Virus record (IMG/VR): IMGVR_UViG_3300042301_002266
Span: 1 to 64,000 of that record
Strand: one strand, 5' to 3'
Length of the DNA: 64,000 nucleotides
Source: a virus
The notes beneath the pieces are model-generated. The model did not search any database, was not told the DNA's origin, and saw only the letters and a list, made by a program, of their open reading frames with translations. The stretch's first letter is position 1, and each line of letters begins with the position of its first letter. Positions 18,380-29,818 of this stretch are shown in pieces. The translations under genes were made by a program, and so were the position numbers.

Positions 18380-21300
18380 TGGCTGATGTGAACGCAACAT
18401 TTAATTATGATGCCAATTTCGGATCAGCCTTATCACAAATCAAGGCTCTCTCAAAAGAGCTTAGTGTTCTTAATAATTCTTTTAACTCACTAGATAAAAA
18501 TGCTCGTGTTTTAAGGAATGACATAGCCAATACCTTTACGTCTGCAGTAGGACAAATTGGTGGTTTTAGTGCTAAAACCGTAACCATTACATCTGATCTA
18601 GATAACTTTGGAAAGTCTCTTGATAGAAGCAAATTAAAACTAAGAGATTATTACAGAGAAGCAACTAGAGCATTTTCTGCAAATAGCAATGCTAGAAAGC
18701 TTGCTGAAGATCAGGTAAGAAGAACAAAAGGACAACTAGTTGAACTTGGCATGGATGCTGAGGGAAGACGTAAGGGTATTCTTGTAACCCCAATGCGACT
18801 TGATATGACTGATATGAATAATCAGTTACAGGTTGCTAGAAAACAATTTGATATATTTAATAGACTTATTCAAGATGGTGCTACCTCACTTATTAACTGG
18901 GGTAAAAATACACAGTGGGCAGGTAGACAGCTTACAGTAGGTCTTACAGTACCTATGACCATCTTTGCAACAACAACAATTAAGGCTTTTAATGATGTTG
19001 ATAAAGAATTAACAAGATTCCAAAAGGTATACGGTGCAGACCTTGTTGGAACAACAAAAGAAGCATCTATGGAAATGCGAAATGCAATTCAAGCAGTTGC
19101 AATTGATATTGCTAAGAGCTATGGTATAGCAGCAAAAGAAACTGCAGGTCTTGCTGCAGATTTAGCAGCAACTGGTCTTGAGGGTAAAAAATTAGTTGAC
19201 TCTGTTAAGCAAACATCAAGACTAGCAGTTCTTGGTGAACTTGATAGACAAGATGCTATGGCAACAACCCTGTCTCTTCAAAATGCTTTTAACATGAGTA
19301 CACAAGAGCTTGCAGAATCTATTGACTTTCTTAACGCAGTAGAAAACCAAACTTCTGTATCTTTGCAAGATTTAACTACAGCAATTCCAAAAGTTGGACC
19401 TGTTATGCAGTCCCTTGGTGGAGATGTAAAAGATCTTTCTGTTTTGCTTGTAGCAATGAAAGAAGGTGGCATCAATGCTGCTGAAAGTGCTAACGCATTA
19501 AAGTCTGGTCTTGCATCTCTTATTAATCCAACCAAAGCAGGTTCCGCAGTTGCAAAGCAATATGGTATTGATCTTGAAGGTATTGTAACTAGAAATAAGG
19601 GACAGTTAATGCCAACCCTTTTAGAATTCCAGGCATCACTTCAAACTCTTGATGATTTTGGTAAAGCAAAGATCATTGAACAGCTTTTTGGTAAATATCA
19701 GTTTGCTAGAATTTCTGCACTATTTGATAACCTTAATGCACAAGGATCACAAACAGTTGAAGTTATGAAATTAATGGGTGCTTCTTCCGAAGAACTTGCA
19801 AAGATTGCTGATGCTGAAATTAAAACTTTAACAGAGTCCACATCTATGAGATTCCAACGTTCTATGGAAGGAATTAAAGCAGCACTTCTTCCAGTTGGAG
19901 AAACTATTACAAGAGCAGTTATTCCATTTATGGAAAAGTTTGCAGAATTAATTGGTAGGGTTGTAGAGATTGGTAAAGGTCTTCCAGAGCCAGTTAAAAA
20001 TTTCTTAAAATTTGCAGCAGGATTAACTGCAATTGCAGGACCAGTAGTTATGATTACTGGTGTACTTGCTAACTTCCTTGGATATGTAACCAAGGGATCA
20101 ATGGGATTTGTTAACTTGGGTAGGAGGCTGGCTGGTCTCCCAACAAAACAATTTAGCTTACTTGATGATCAACAAATAGCAGCAGCAAAAGCAACAGATA
20201 CACTAACGGTTTCTATTCAAAATCAAGCTAGTGCAATGACTAGATTGGTTCAGTTAATGAGAGATTATAATGCAACTCTTCTTGCACAAAAATCTGCAAC
20301 TCCAGGTGCATTTTCAAGTACACCTTTAGTTAATCCTCCAAGAAGAGGTGGTAAGCCACCGCCTGGAACACCAATTAGAAGACAACAAGGATCATGGGTC
20401 CCAGGCTCTGGTAGCGGAGATAAGGTAAAAGCACTACTTGAGCCAGGAGAGTTTGTTGTAAATCGTAATGCAGCAAAACAATATGGTGGCTTATTGGAAA
20501 ATATTAATAATGGTACTCCAAGATTTCAAAATGGTGGAATCCTTCGTGCACAAGAGGGTGTTGATACTGCTCGTCAAGGTGCTAGAAGACCTCTTGTTTA
20601 TCAAGATCTAGAATCATCTGCTGCAAGATCACATATAATTGATCCAGCAAAACTTTATGATTTAATTATGGATGATCCAGATCTAAGCGATCTAAAACCA
20701 TTTTTAACTGCAGGAAATAAAAAGGCTGCCATGTCAGCATATGGATATTCAACAACTATGCTAGATATGCAATATGTTAATAATGCACTTAATCAAATAG
20801 GATCTAGTTCAGGAAGTGCGTCTATGCCAGTAACCCTTTCTGGAGTAGATGAAACTATTGGACTTTTGAAAGAAAAGCTTTTAAGTGAATCTATTTCTCC
20901 AAATACTACAGTAATGTTAGATGAATCATTAAAGCATTTTGAAGGAATTAAAAAAAGACATAAAAATGATAGAAGCTATCAAAGATTTCTAGCTAGACAA
21001 ATTGCGGTATCAAATATTGCAACTGGAACAGGTATTTCAGAGTCTATAAATGACGAGTATGAAAGAATTTATAGAGCAATAGAAGGATCAACATCACCCG
21101 AAGATTTACAAAAAAGATTGTTGCTGTTAGAAAAAGAAAGAATAAAGCAACTCGGAACTGGAAGAGGAAGAGCATTACAGTCTTATGATTCTGAAGCAGA
21201 AAAGAAAGCAATTGCAAGAAAAGGTCTTAGAGGTAGAAAAGTTGGTGACTATTTTAACTTAATAAAAGTCTATGGAGGAGCCGAAGAAAGATACAATATT

Positions 21301-24300
21301 CCTTCAGAAAGAAGAAGACAAGCTGAAGGTAGAGCACCTGTAGTTAGAATACCTAGAGTTAGAAGACCTGTAAGACGTGAAGAGTTTCCAATGGTTGATC
21401 CTGTTGGAACCATGGGTATGCAATCTGGTGGTCCATGGGTTCCTGGAAAGGGAACTGGGGACAGGATACCTGCGTTATTAGAACCAGGAGAATTTGTAGT
21501 CAATAAAAAAGCTGCCATGAAGCATGGTGGACTTTTAAATGATATCAACTTTAACAAAGCACCAAGATTCCAAGAAGGTGGAAGCTCTGATGAAATGAGA
21601 CAAAGTTCTGGGTTCTCAAAAAATCAAAGAATATCTGCAGGTACTGGAGCAGTAGGTATGATGGCTAGTTTTATGCCAATGCTTGCTCCAACAAATGAAG
21701 GTCTTGCAAAGTTTTCTAATAACCTTGCAGCAGCATCCTTTACGATATCAGCACTATCTGGTGTAGTGGATATGTTCGGTAAAAAATTAAATGCACAATC
21801 ATTGTCAGGAGTGCTTGAACGTGGTGCTGGTAAAAGAGCTAGTGGCTTAGAAGCCATTAAGGGAACTGGTGCAGCTGGTAAATCTGCTGGAGTTGTTGGT
21901 CGTGGTGCTCAAATGGCAAGTGGTGTAGGTAGGCTTGCAATGGGTGCCCTAATGTCTGGACCTGGAATAGCAGTAGCAGCAGGAGTAGCCCTTGCAGCAG
22001 CAGCGTGGGTTAAATATAAAAAAGAAGTTAATGAAGCAAAAAAGGCTACTCAGGAAGCCTACTCAGTTGGTCAAAAAACAGCACAAGCTTACGGATACGA
22101 ACTAACTCAAATTAGTGATAAAATTAAAGAAAATGCACAGCTTACAAAAGATCTTGGAATTGGTTTTACTCAAACAACCAATACTGCTGTTTCTGAAGAA
22201 AAGAAAGCTGCTATTAAAGAAGATAACGCAAACTTAATTGCAGATCTTACAGAAAATGAAAAAAGACTAGTTGAGTCTTCTGCAGGAAATGATTATTTTG
22301 ATAAAAATGCAACTAAGGTAAAGAGTCAATTAATTACTAAGTATGCAACTTTAAGACAGCAGGGTGTAAGTGTTGAAGATGCAGATGAAATTATTACAAC
22401 AATTGCAAGAGAAACTGGAGATGAAACTCTAAGCATTCTTAGCAACTTGAGACCACAACTTGAACAAATGAATAGTGATAATGTTAATGAAGTTTTTCAA
22501 GCTGCTCAACAAGCACAACTAAATGCATTAAAAGCACAAAACGAGTTTGGTCTGGGTGGTCCTGCAGGTGCTGATGCAGCATTTAAAGAAGCAATGAAAG
22601 GATCTATGGCTGTAATTCAGTATGCACCACCAGAAGATCAGCTTTCTGCATTAAATAATTTAATTAATAACATGAGAGACTTTAGTGCTGATCAGGTTGT
22701 TAGAGGAGCAGAAGCATTAAAAGAAGCAGCAGCAGCAGCCTATGGAACTCAAAGTGGAATGGGTGCCACCTTAGAACAACTATTTGGTACTACAACAGAA
22801 GATGGATATACAAAAACTGAAGATCAACAACAACAAGACTTAGTTCTTGGAACAAGAATTATGAATGCAGAACAGCAAGGAATTATTAACGAGTCTCAGC
22901 AAAGAATTATTAGTGTTGCTCTTGCAGAAGGAGACATAGAAAAAGTCAATTCAATTCTTGATGAGGTAGAAAGAAATAGAGATGTTAAAATAAACATTGA
23001 TATTCAAAATAAGGAAGCAGCAGAAGCTGCACTCAAGGATCTTGACAAACAAATAACGGCACAACAAGCAAAATTTGATAGTGAAATAATTGCTAATGAA
23101 AATGCAGTTGAGGCTGAAAATAAAAGATATGAAAATGCTCAAAAAGCATCTGCAAAATTTATTAAGCAAAAGCAAGATGAAATTGAAGCAATTGATAAGA
23201 GTGCTGATGCTTACATTAAGGCTCTTCAAGATGAACAAAGGGCAGATGATTTTGCACAACAACAAAGAGACACCGCAGTTGGCGGTTTAAAGTCTCTTGC
23301 AAGTGGAGATGTATTTGGTTTTGTTCAGTCTCAACAAGAGATGGCTGGTGCAGCACAACAGTTTGGTTTTGAGTCTGAAATTAAAGCAATTGATGAAAGA
23401 CGACAAGCAGCAATAGACGCAAAGCAAGAAGAAATAAAGAAAGAACAAGAACTTGCTGCACTAGCAGATGAACGTCATCAAAAGAGATTAGACGCAATTC
23501 AGGCTCAAAGAGATGCCTTAGTAGCAGCAAATGCTGCTGAAATGAAATCTTTGCAAGACCAACAAGGTGCCTGGAGCTCATTAAGTACAATGTCTGGTGG
23601 AGCATTTGACACAATGATGGGTGGATATAGCAAGGCAGCATCAGAAGCTGGAAAGGTTGTAGCCGTTCAAATTGCAATTGCTGAATTAGCCAAGGGAAAA
23701 ACTATTGAAGAAGCAATAGCTGCTGGTCAAGCATACATGAAGCAAACCTATGGAGTTCAAAACTCTGCTGGAGGAGAAGGATCTTCTGCTTACACCACAA
23801 CAGGAACAACTGCAGGAAATACTGGATCAGGAGTTAGCCCTACATCTGGAGGAGAGTCAAAGGGTGGGTATGCTATGGGTGGATACATCTCAGGTGCAGG
23901 TGGTCCAAAATCTGATTTGATTCCTGCTCGCCTATCTAATGGAGAATATGTTGTGCAAGCATCTGCAGTAGATCAATATGGCGTTGGAATGATGAATGCA
24001 ATTAATGAGCAAAAATTTGCTGATGGAGGATTAGTAGAACTTAATCCAAATAAACCAGGAAAGCTTGGAGATCCTAGCACAAAAAGAAAAATTAAAATTG
24101 CTGAACAAGAGTGGGGACAAAGTTTTAATATTGTTAAGGGGGGGTATCTAAAATCTGATAAGTATTCTGGTTCTACACATACTGGAGGTGGAGTATTTGA
24201 TGCCTACTATAGTGGAGGGTCTAAGCTTTTCCCTGTTGAAGCGGTAAAAGCTCTTAGAAAAGCAGGTTTTGCAGCATGGAATAGATGGCAGTTTGGAAAT

Positions 24301-24861
24301 AACAATAAGCACATTCATGCTATTGAAATTGGTAATTCAAAGCTAAGTAAGTCAGCAGCATCACAAGTTAGATCATACTTGCGTGGAGAAGACGGATTAG
24401 GTGGAAAAGATACCTTGTCTAATGATTATAAAATAGACACTACACCAACTTCACCAGATAGTGCATCTATTCCAGATGAGGTTGCTCCTAATCTTGATAA
24501 AATTGCAACAGCAATGGGAACTACAGCAGCTACATACAATAAAGTTATGAACGAGGGAGTCGCATCTCTAGTTGGTCGTCAATTTGGTGGATCAATGACA
24601 ATGAACAAGCCTTATATGGTTGGTGAAAATGGTCCTGAAATCGTAATGCCTTATGGTTCAGGTGGAAAAGTTGTTCCTATTAAATATAATGTTCCAGCGA
24701 TGGCTAGTGGTGGTATAATAAATGGTAGCATGGCTTCATCATCACCACAGATTAATGTTACTGTAAATGGTGTTAATGATCCTAAACAGGCAGCAGATAG
24801 AGCAGCCCAATTAATTAATTCAGAAATGAATAGAAGAAAGTTTAGCAGGAGCATAGGATAA
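18379..24861 (+). CDS. Tape measure protein (2160 aa) with repeated GG..G.G..D..PA.L..GE[FY]VV motifs and a putative Zn-peptidase domain
   Basis: Long helical Ala-rich protein after the chaperones; NWGKNTQWAGRQL motif, TP901-like core and hydrophobic segments. Confidence 0.92.
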   Translation: MADVNATFNYDANFGSALSQIKALSKELSVLNNSFNSLDKNARVLRNDIANTFTSAVGQIGGFSAKTVTITSDLDNFGKSLDRSKLKLRDYYREATRAFSANSNARKLAEDQVRRTKGQLVELGMDAEGRRKGILVTPMRLDMTDMNNQLQVARKQFDIFNRLIQDGATSLINWGKNTQWAGRQLTVGLTVPMTIFATTTIKAFNDVDKELTRFQKVYGADLVGTTKEASMEMRNAIQAVAIDIAKSYGIAAKETAGLAADLAATGLEGKKLVDSVKQTSRLAVLGELDRQDAMATTLSLQNAFNMSTQELAESIDFLNAVENQTSVSLQDLTTAIPKVGPVMQSLGGDVKDLSVLLVAMKEGGINAAESANALKSGLASLINPTKAGSAVAKQYGIDLEGIVTRNKGQLMPTLLEFQASLQTLDDFGKAKIIEQLFGKYQFARISALFDNLNAQGSQTVEVMKLMGASSEELAKIADAEIKTLTESTSMRFQRSMEGIKAALLPVGETITRAVIPFMEKFAELIGRVVEIGKGLPEPVKNFLKFAAGLTAIAGPVVMITGVLANFLGYVTKGSMGFVNLGRRLAGLPTKQFSLLDDQQIAAAKATDTLTVSIQNQASAMTRLVQLMRDYNATLLAQKSATPGAFSSTPLVNPPRRGGKPPPGTPIRRQQGSWVPGSGSGDKVKALLEPGEFVVNRNAAKQYGGLLENINNGTPRFQNGGILRAQEGVDTARQGARRPLVYQDLESSAARSHIIDPAKLYDLIMDDPDLSDLKPFLTAGNKKAAMSAYGYSTTMLDMQYVNNALNQIGSSSGSASMPVTLSGVDETIGLLKEKLLSESISPNTTVMLDESLKHFEGIKKRHKNDRSYQRFLARQIAVSNIATGTGISESINDEYERIYRAIEGSTSPEDLQKRLLLLEKERIKQLGTGRGRALQSYDSEAEKKAIARKGLRGRKVGDYFNLIKVYGGAEERYNIPSERRRQAEGRAPVVRIPRVRRPVRREEFPMVDPVGTMGMQSGGPWVPGKGTGDRIPALLEPGEFVVNKKAAMKHGGLLNDINFNKAPRFQEGGSSDEMRQSSGFSKNQRISAGTGAVGMMASFMPMLAPTNEGLAKFSNNLAAASFTISALSGVVDMFGKKLNAQSLSGVLERGAGKRASGLEAIKGTGAAGKSAGVVGRGAQMASGVGRLAMGALMSGPGIAVAAGVALAAAAWVKYKKEVNEAKKATQEAYSVGQKTAQAYGYELTQISDKIKENAQLTKDLGIGFTQTTNTAVSEEKKAAIKEDNANLIADLTENEKRLVESSAGNDYFDKNATKVKSQLITKYATLRQQGVSVEDADEIITTIARETGDETLSILSNLRPQLEQMNSDNVNEVFQAAQQAQLNALKAQNEFGLGGPAGADAAFKEAMKGSMAVIQYAPPEDQLSALNNLINNMRDFSADQVVRGAEALKEAAAAAYGTQSGMGATLEQLFGTTTEDGYTKTEDQQQQDLVLGTRIMNAEQQGIINESQQRIISVALAEGDIEKVNSILDEVERNRDVKINIDIQNKEAAEAALKDLDKQITAQQAKFDSEIIANENAVEAENKRYENAQKASAKFIKQKQDEIEAIDKSADAYIKALQDEQRADDFAQQQRDTAVGGLKSLASGDVFGFVQSQQEMAGAAQQFGFESEIKAIDERRQAAIDAKQEEIKKEQELAALADERHQKRLDAIQAQRDALVAANAAEMKSLQDQQGAWSSLSTMSGGAFDTMMGGYSKAASEAGKVVAVQIAIAELAKGKTIEEAIAAGQAYMKQTYGVQNSAGGEGSSAYTTTGTTAGNTGSGVSPTSGGESKGGYAMGGYISGAGGPKSDLIPARLSNGEYVVQASAVDQYGVGMMNAINEQKFADGGLVELNPNKPGKLGDPSTKRKIKIAEQEWGQSFNIVKGGYLKSDKYSGSTHTGGGVFDAYYSGGSKLFPVEAVKALRKAGFAAWNRWQFGNNNKHIHAIEIGNSKLSKSAASQVRSYLRGEDGLGGKDTLSNDYKIDTTPTSPDSASIPDEVAPNLDKIATAMGTTAATYNKVMNEGVASLVGRQFGGSMTMNKPYMVGENGPEIVMPYGSGGKVVPIKYNVPAMASGGIINGSMASSSPQINVTVNGVNDPKQAADRAAQLINSEMNRRKFSRSIG

Positions 24862-25382
24862 TGGCAACATATAGTTCATTAGATAAGGTTTGGAGAAGAC
24901 CCTCCCTAATTGTTTTTTCTACAGTAGAGCCAGAAGAAGGCATTGGAATAAATGCAAATAAGTGGGATTTCAAAGGTGGAACTACTTTATATTTAACAGA
25001 TGACAATAGGGCTCCTTTGCAAATTAACCCAGAAAGAATTGAATATAAAAGAAGAATGATTGATGGCACCATGCGTTCATACCATGTTGCAGATAAGAAA
25101 ACATTCTCTACATCTTGGTCGGATATTCCATCAAGAAAATTAAATGGTTCAGAATCACTAACCTCAGACACATTTGGTGCAGGTCTGGACATTAAAAATT
25201 GGCATGAAACAAATACTGGAGATTTCTGGATGCTGCTTGTATATGATACAGATGAATCAGACAATGTAGACGTTTCCGCAGAAATGTATCATGTCTTCTT
25301 CCAGTCTTTTGATTATTCCGTGTCTAGAAGAGGGCACTACAACGATCTTTGGAATGTAAATATTTCTTTGGTGGAGGTCTAG
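24861..25382 (+). CDS. Distal tail protein-like
   Basis: Follows the TMP; RMIDGTMRSY motif. Confidence 0.55.
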   Translation: MATYSSLDKVWRRPSLIVFSTVEPEEGIGINANKWDFKGGTTLYLTDDNRAPLQINPERIEYKRRMIDGTMRSYHVADKKTFSTSWSDIPSRKLNGSESLTSDTFGAGLDIKNWHETNTGDFWMLLVYDTDESDNVDVSAEMYHVFFQSFDYSVSRRGHYNDLWNVNISLVEV

Positions 25383-28300
25383 TGAAAACCACAGGAAGTA
25401 GTTTTGTAGATTTATTGTTTGATAGAGAGGCATCTCTTAAATCATCTCATGTTGTAGTTGCTGAGTTCAATATGAATTCATACTATGAAATTGCAAAGCT
25501 TGGATGCTACACTGGTGCACCCTCAGCTGTTCCACAAACCTACACGGCAAGTGGATGGGATAATGGAAATGATAAAAATGCATTTGGTTCAGATGACATA
25601 GGTAATATCTATACTGATAACGATGATAGATTAAAGGTAAGTCCATTAAGAGAATGCTTTAAGCCAAATAGACCAGATGCTGGTCTTATTCATGGAATAG
25701 CAATTAATGGATATCAAAAAAGAATAATCTCTAGTAATGAGTATATAAAGCAATCAGGTTTTTCAAATTCAGAGACCAGGCTTTACCCAGTATCTTCAGA
25801 CTCATCTTTTAAGTATTGGAACTCTTACAGAAGTTTAAATAAAACACAGGTTGGTTTATCTAACGGTTCTTTAAATATATCAAATGCTAATCCTTTTGTT
25901 GTTTATTCAAATAGCTTTAAGGCTAACAAGATAACAATTAAAACTCAAAAAGATAAAGGATATCCAAATAAGTTTAAAATTCAATATTTAAATACAAGTA
26001 ATAACTGGGTAACAGCAATTGATAGATCATCATCTGCAAGTACTGCTGGTATTAATGGAAAGATTGAGATATCTTATGATGGAACAAGTTGGTACTTTGT
26101 AAACTCATCAAATGCTCAGTCTTATTTAGATCAGTTTTCTGAGAACACAACACAGGCTGTAACAATGAAGGGTATAAGACTTCTTGTTTATGGAATGTCA
26201 AGACAGTATACCCCACTAGAACTTATTGAAATTTCACCAAGGTTGGTTGTAAATATGACAAACCATGTTATGTCTTTTTCCATAAGTTCAAGCATTGGAG
26301 ATAGTCAGTATGGATTGCCTTTAGGATCGCTTGTAAGCTCTAATGGAAGCATGGTCTTGTCAAATGAAACTAGAATATTTGACAAAATGAATCCAGATTC
26401 TATTTTTACATATGTAAAAGATTCTAGTGTAGAAAATTATGAACTAGAAACAATGCTAAGGGCAAATGTTAAGTTTGTATTTTATCAAATACTTATAAAT
26501 GATTTAAATGAGTATGCCGTTCCAATTAAAACTATGTATTCAACACAATGGTCTCAGGCTTCAGAATTTACTACATCAGTAAACCTAGAAGACTATATTA
26601 AATTCTTTAGAGAAACTCAGGCACCAAACTTACTTATTGGATACAAGAATCCACTAAAGTCATCACTAGCTATTAGAATGCTATTGGATAACATTGGATA
26701 TAATAAGTTTTCTTTTGAAACAAAAGATAGTATTGATCCAGAAATGAATTTCTTTTATTCCTCAAATGATTTTACAGTTGCAGAAGCACTTAATGATATT
26801 GCAACTTCGGTACAACTATCAATGTTTATGGATGCAGATAATAACTTTGTAGTTATGACAAAAGATAGAATATCTTCTAGAACTGCATTTGATATAAACT
26901 CCGCAGAAATAGAGGGAAAGAATTACTGGTTTATTGGAAACCAACCCGTTTCTAGTGATGCTGAATATTCTTATATTCAGGATAAGTTTTCTAACATTGA
27001 GTCAATTAGTGAAACATCTATTCCTCCAGTTACCGATGGTACCGTTCAATATAAAATTATTAATATTAAAAAGGAGCCAACAGCACTTGCAGAAGAATTT
27101 GATCCAGTAAAAAGACAAGAGCTTATTGATAAAGCATCCACTAGCCCAACTACAGTTTTAACAGAGCTTTCTTTTGTTCCAGGAATTCTTTGGGAAGCAA
27201 CTCAATCAGATAGTTCTCAATCAGTTTTGATTTCAGCAATCTTAGAAAAAAGTATGTCAAAAGATGGCAGACCATTAAAAGCACTATCTGGAAAAGTAAT
27301 CCCTGCCATAAATGAAGAAGATGCCATAAGGAAAGCTTTTAGTGCCACATATCAAAATCCTGGATATACAGATGCTGATCTTTTAATTAATATTGACAAC
27401 GACTCAGCATATCTATTTTTACAATCAAATAAATATGAAGGATATGTTTACATTAATAATGAAGTTATTAAATATAACGGAATCCTTGTTAGCGTTACAG
27501 AGCCTACAAAATCATATTCTAGATTTATTTTTAATCAAGATGAGCTTGAATCCCTTAGAGGAACTATCCCTAGCGGATCAAAAGTATTGCCAAAAGCCTT
27601 AATAGTTTATATGAACTTTAAGTTTGTTGGAAAGCCAACTCTTTCAGATAATAGTTTTAGATATACTATTCAAAGCGATGGAAGAGCTCAAAATGGTACT
27701 AGTGCTCAAAAACATGTTGCAAGGTCCTCATCAGATTTTAACGATGACTGGAAAAAAATGTCAACAATTATTGCTGATAAGAAATTAGATGGACTAGGAA
27801 ACAGAGAAGCTTCCTTATCTTACACACTTAATGGAAATCAATCAGGATATGCTAGGCTTTCAGGACCATCAAGTTTAAAGAAAGAAAATCAAAAACCAGG
27901 TGCATCAGTAAAGAACTTACAAATAGATGATTACGGTCAAAGATTTATTCATGGATATTCAAACAACTTAGAGGCTATTCCAGAAGCAGTTGGAACAAGA
28001 ATGAGACTTGTAATGACTGACGGTGATCCTAAAAAAGATACCTCGTCTCATATTGCAGGAATAGCAATGCACCTAACGGACTCTGGAATAGTTGGCGATG
28101 GCAAATATATGAGTGGATACTTTCTTGAAGTTGCACCATCAAGAGACGGAGAAGCAACTGGAAACATAAGACTTTACAGAATGACAACTACCTCTAATAC
28201 AACTGAATGCTTTGTTTTAGGAACTGCTAGAGCCAATATAAGTACAACTAATTTTGTTGGAAGTGTGTCTGAAAACTCAAAATCCTTAAAGGATGGAGTT

Positions 28301-29260
28301 ACTGCTACAATCTTTGAATTAGATTTAAAGTGTAAAGTAGTAAATAAAAAGGGATCCAAATTTGATTTAGAATTCAGCGTCCACTGGCAAGGTGAAAGAT
28401 TGTTTAAGATTATTGACAAAAACGCATCAAGACTGCCAAGAACAAACAGAATTGGAATGTTTGTTAGAGATGATAGTCAAGCAATATATGATCACATTTA
28501 TGCTTATTCTGATGCAGAAAATAAAATTACATCATCCTTTGAGGACTCACTTGGGTACCGCAAGATGAGCGTGGGTAAAGCAGTAAAGATGGCTGCTATA
28601 GGATCACAGAATAATAAAAAGGTTTACTTTGAAGACTTTGCTACAATGGCTAGAGAAATTAAAAAGTTTGATGTTAAGTTTGATGCACCAACATTTACTT
28701 CATCTATGATAGATTTTTCATCAGTAAGTTCAGATTACCTTGTTAAAAACTACTATCCAAATGCCTTTGGTGCTAAGTTTTGGGTATACAACACATCAAA
28801 CTCTACAATAACTCTTGGAGAAGATTCCCTAACACCACTATTTATTAGTGGGATTAAATTAGATTATGTTGCAGACGGAGAAATAAGTCTAAAGAAATAT
28901 ATTGAAGATCTTGAAGATAATAACGAATACGATATTTTACAGAATAGGTTGTATCAAAATAAACAAATGTATGGTGATGTTTCTGTAGGTATTGCATCTG
29001 AGTATATTGCAACAGAAAGACAGGCAGAAAAAATGATGCAATGGATTGTTAAGAATGCATCTCAAGAAAGAAAAGAATTAAATATTTCAGCTTTTTGCAA
29101 TCCCCTACTAGAACTAGGTGACAAGGTAGGAGTATTTTACTCAGATGCAGGTTACTCAGTAGATGATATTGGAAACAAGACCTATGTTGTTGCTGAAATT
29201 AACAGGGAAGTAAACGAAGCTGGTCCAACAACTTCTATCGTTATTAGGGAGTGTCCATAA
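25382..29260 (+). CDS. Large tail tip/hub protein
   Basis: Position; C-terminal NPLLELGDKV hub motif; GTG start after GGAGG. Confidence 0.65.
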   Translation: MKTTGSSFVDLLFDREASLKSSHVVVAEFNMNSYYEIAKLGCYTGAPSAVPQTYTASGWDNGNDKNAFGSDDIGNIYTDNDDRLKVSPLRECFKPNRPDAGLIHGIAINGYQKRIISSNEYIKQSGFSNSETRLYPVSSDSSFKYWNSYRSLNKTQVGLSNGSLNISNANPFVVYSNSFKANKITIKTQKDKGYPNKFKIQYLNTSNNWVTAIDRSSSASTAGINGKIEISYDGTSWYFVNSSNAQSYLDQFSENTTQAVTMKGIRLLVYGMSRQYTPLELIEISPRLVVNMTNHVMSFSISSSIGDSQYGLPLGSLVSSNGSMVLSNETRIFDKMNPDSIFTYVKDSSVENYELETMLRANVKFVFYQILINDLNEYAVPIKTMYSTQWSQASEFTTSVNLEDYIKFFRETQAPNLLIGYKNPLKSSLAIRMLLDNIGYNKFSFETKDSIDPEMNFFYSSNDFTVAEALNDIATSVQLSMFMDADNNFVVMTKDRISSRTAFDINSAEIEGKNYWFIGNQPVSSDAEYSYIQDKFSNIESISETSIPPVTDGTVQYKIINIKKEPTALAEEFDPVKRQELIDKASTSPTTVLTELSFVPGILWEATQSDSSQSVLISAILEKSMSKDGRPLKALSGKVIPAINEEDAIRKAFSATYQNPGYTDADLLINIDNDSAYLFLQSNKYEGYVYINNEVIKYNGILVSVTEPTKSYSRFIFNQDELESLRGTIPSGSKVLPKALIVYMNFKFVGKPTLSDNSFRYTIQSDGRAQNGTSAQKHVARSSSDFNDDWKKMSTIIADKKLDGLGNREASLSYTLNGNQSGYARLSGPSSLKKENQKPGASVKNLQIDDYGQRFIHGYSNNLEAIPEAVGTRMRLVMTDGDPKKDTSSHIAGIAMHLTDSGIVGDGKYMSGYFLEVAPSRDGEATGNIRLYRMTTTSNTTECFVLGTARANISTTNFVGSVSENSKSLKDGVTATIFELDLKCKVVNKKGSKFDLEFSVHWQGERLFKIIDKNASRLPRTNRIGMFVRDDSQAIYDHIYAYSDAENKITSSFEDSLGYRKMSVGKAVKMAAIGSQNNKKVYFEDFATMAREIKKFDVKFDAPTFTSSMIDFSSVSSDYLVKNYYPNAFGAKFWVYNTSNSTITLGEDSLTPLFISGIKLDYVADGEISLKKYIEDLEDNNEYDILQNRLYQNKQMYGDVSVGIASEYIATERQAEKMMQWIVKNASQERKELNISAFCNPLLELGDKVGVFYSDAGYSVDDIGNKTYVVAEINREVNEAGPTTSIVIRECP

Positions 29261-29796
29261 TGGCATCTAAATACTTTACATCAAGAGCTAAAGCTTCAAA
29301 GAAGATAACTCCTGCAGGATCAAGCAAGGTTTTTAATGATCCAAATGTTGATGAAAAATACAAAGAAGTTATTAATCAATTTCAAATGTCTCTTATAAAA
29401 AGCGGTGAAGGGTTATTAAATACATTTACTGCTAGTACTGTAAACTCTATTCCAGAATCAATTATTCCAGCGAATGATAGTATAACTAGGCTAAATGATA
29501 GAACTATTCCACAGGCATTTGCAGCAGCAACTGCACAGGTTAGTATAACTAAAAACCAATACCTTGAAAAAATAAATATAATCACAAGGTCTATAGAATC
29601 ATTGGTAAAGTTTGGTAAAAGTAATAAGGCTTCCCTGATTGACTATTTTGGTAAGATAGATACAGCTTCGGGAACCTTTTACCCAACAATTATAAAATAT
29701 GATGCTGAGGGTAATCCTGTGTACGATATGAGGGTATCTATTGGCAATACCATAGGTGAAATAGAAGCTGAAGTTAGGACAGAACATGTATCCTAA
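29260..29796 (+). CDS. Hypothetical (minor tail) protein
   Basis: TAATG coupling within the tail module. Confidence 0.5.
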   Translation: MASKYFTSRAKASKKITPAGSSKVFNDPNVDEKYKEVINQFQMSLIKSGEGLLNTFTASTVNSIPESIIPANDSITRLNDRTIPQAFAAATAQVSITKNQYLEKINIITRSIESLVKFGKSNKASLIDYFGKIDTASGTFYPTIIKYDAEGNPVYDMRVSIGNTIGEIEAEVRTEHVS

Positions 29797-29818
29797 TAAG
29801 GTGGTAAAATAGTATATT

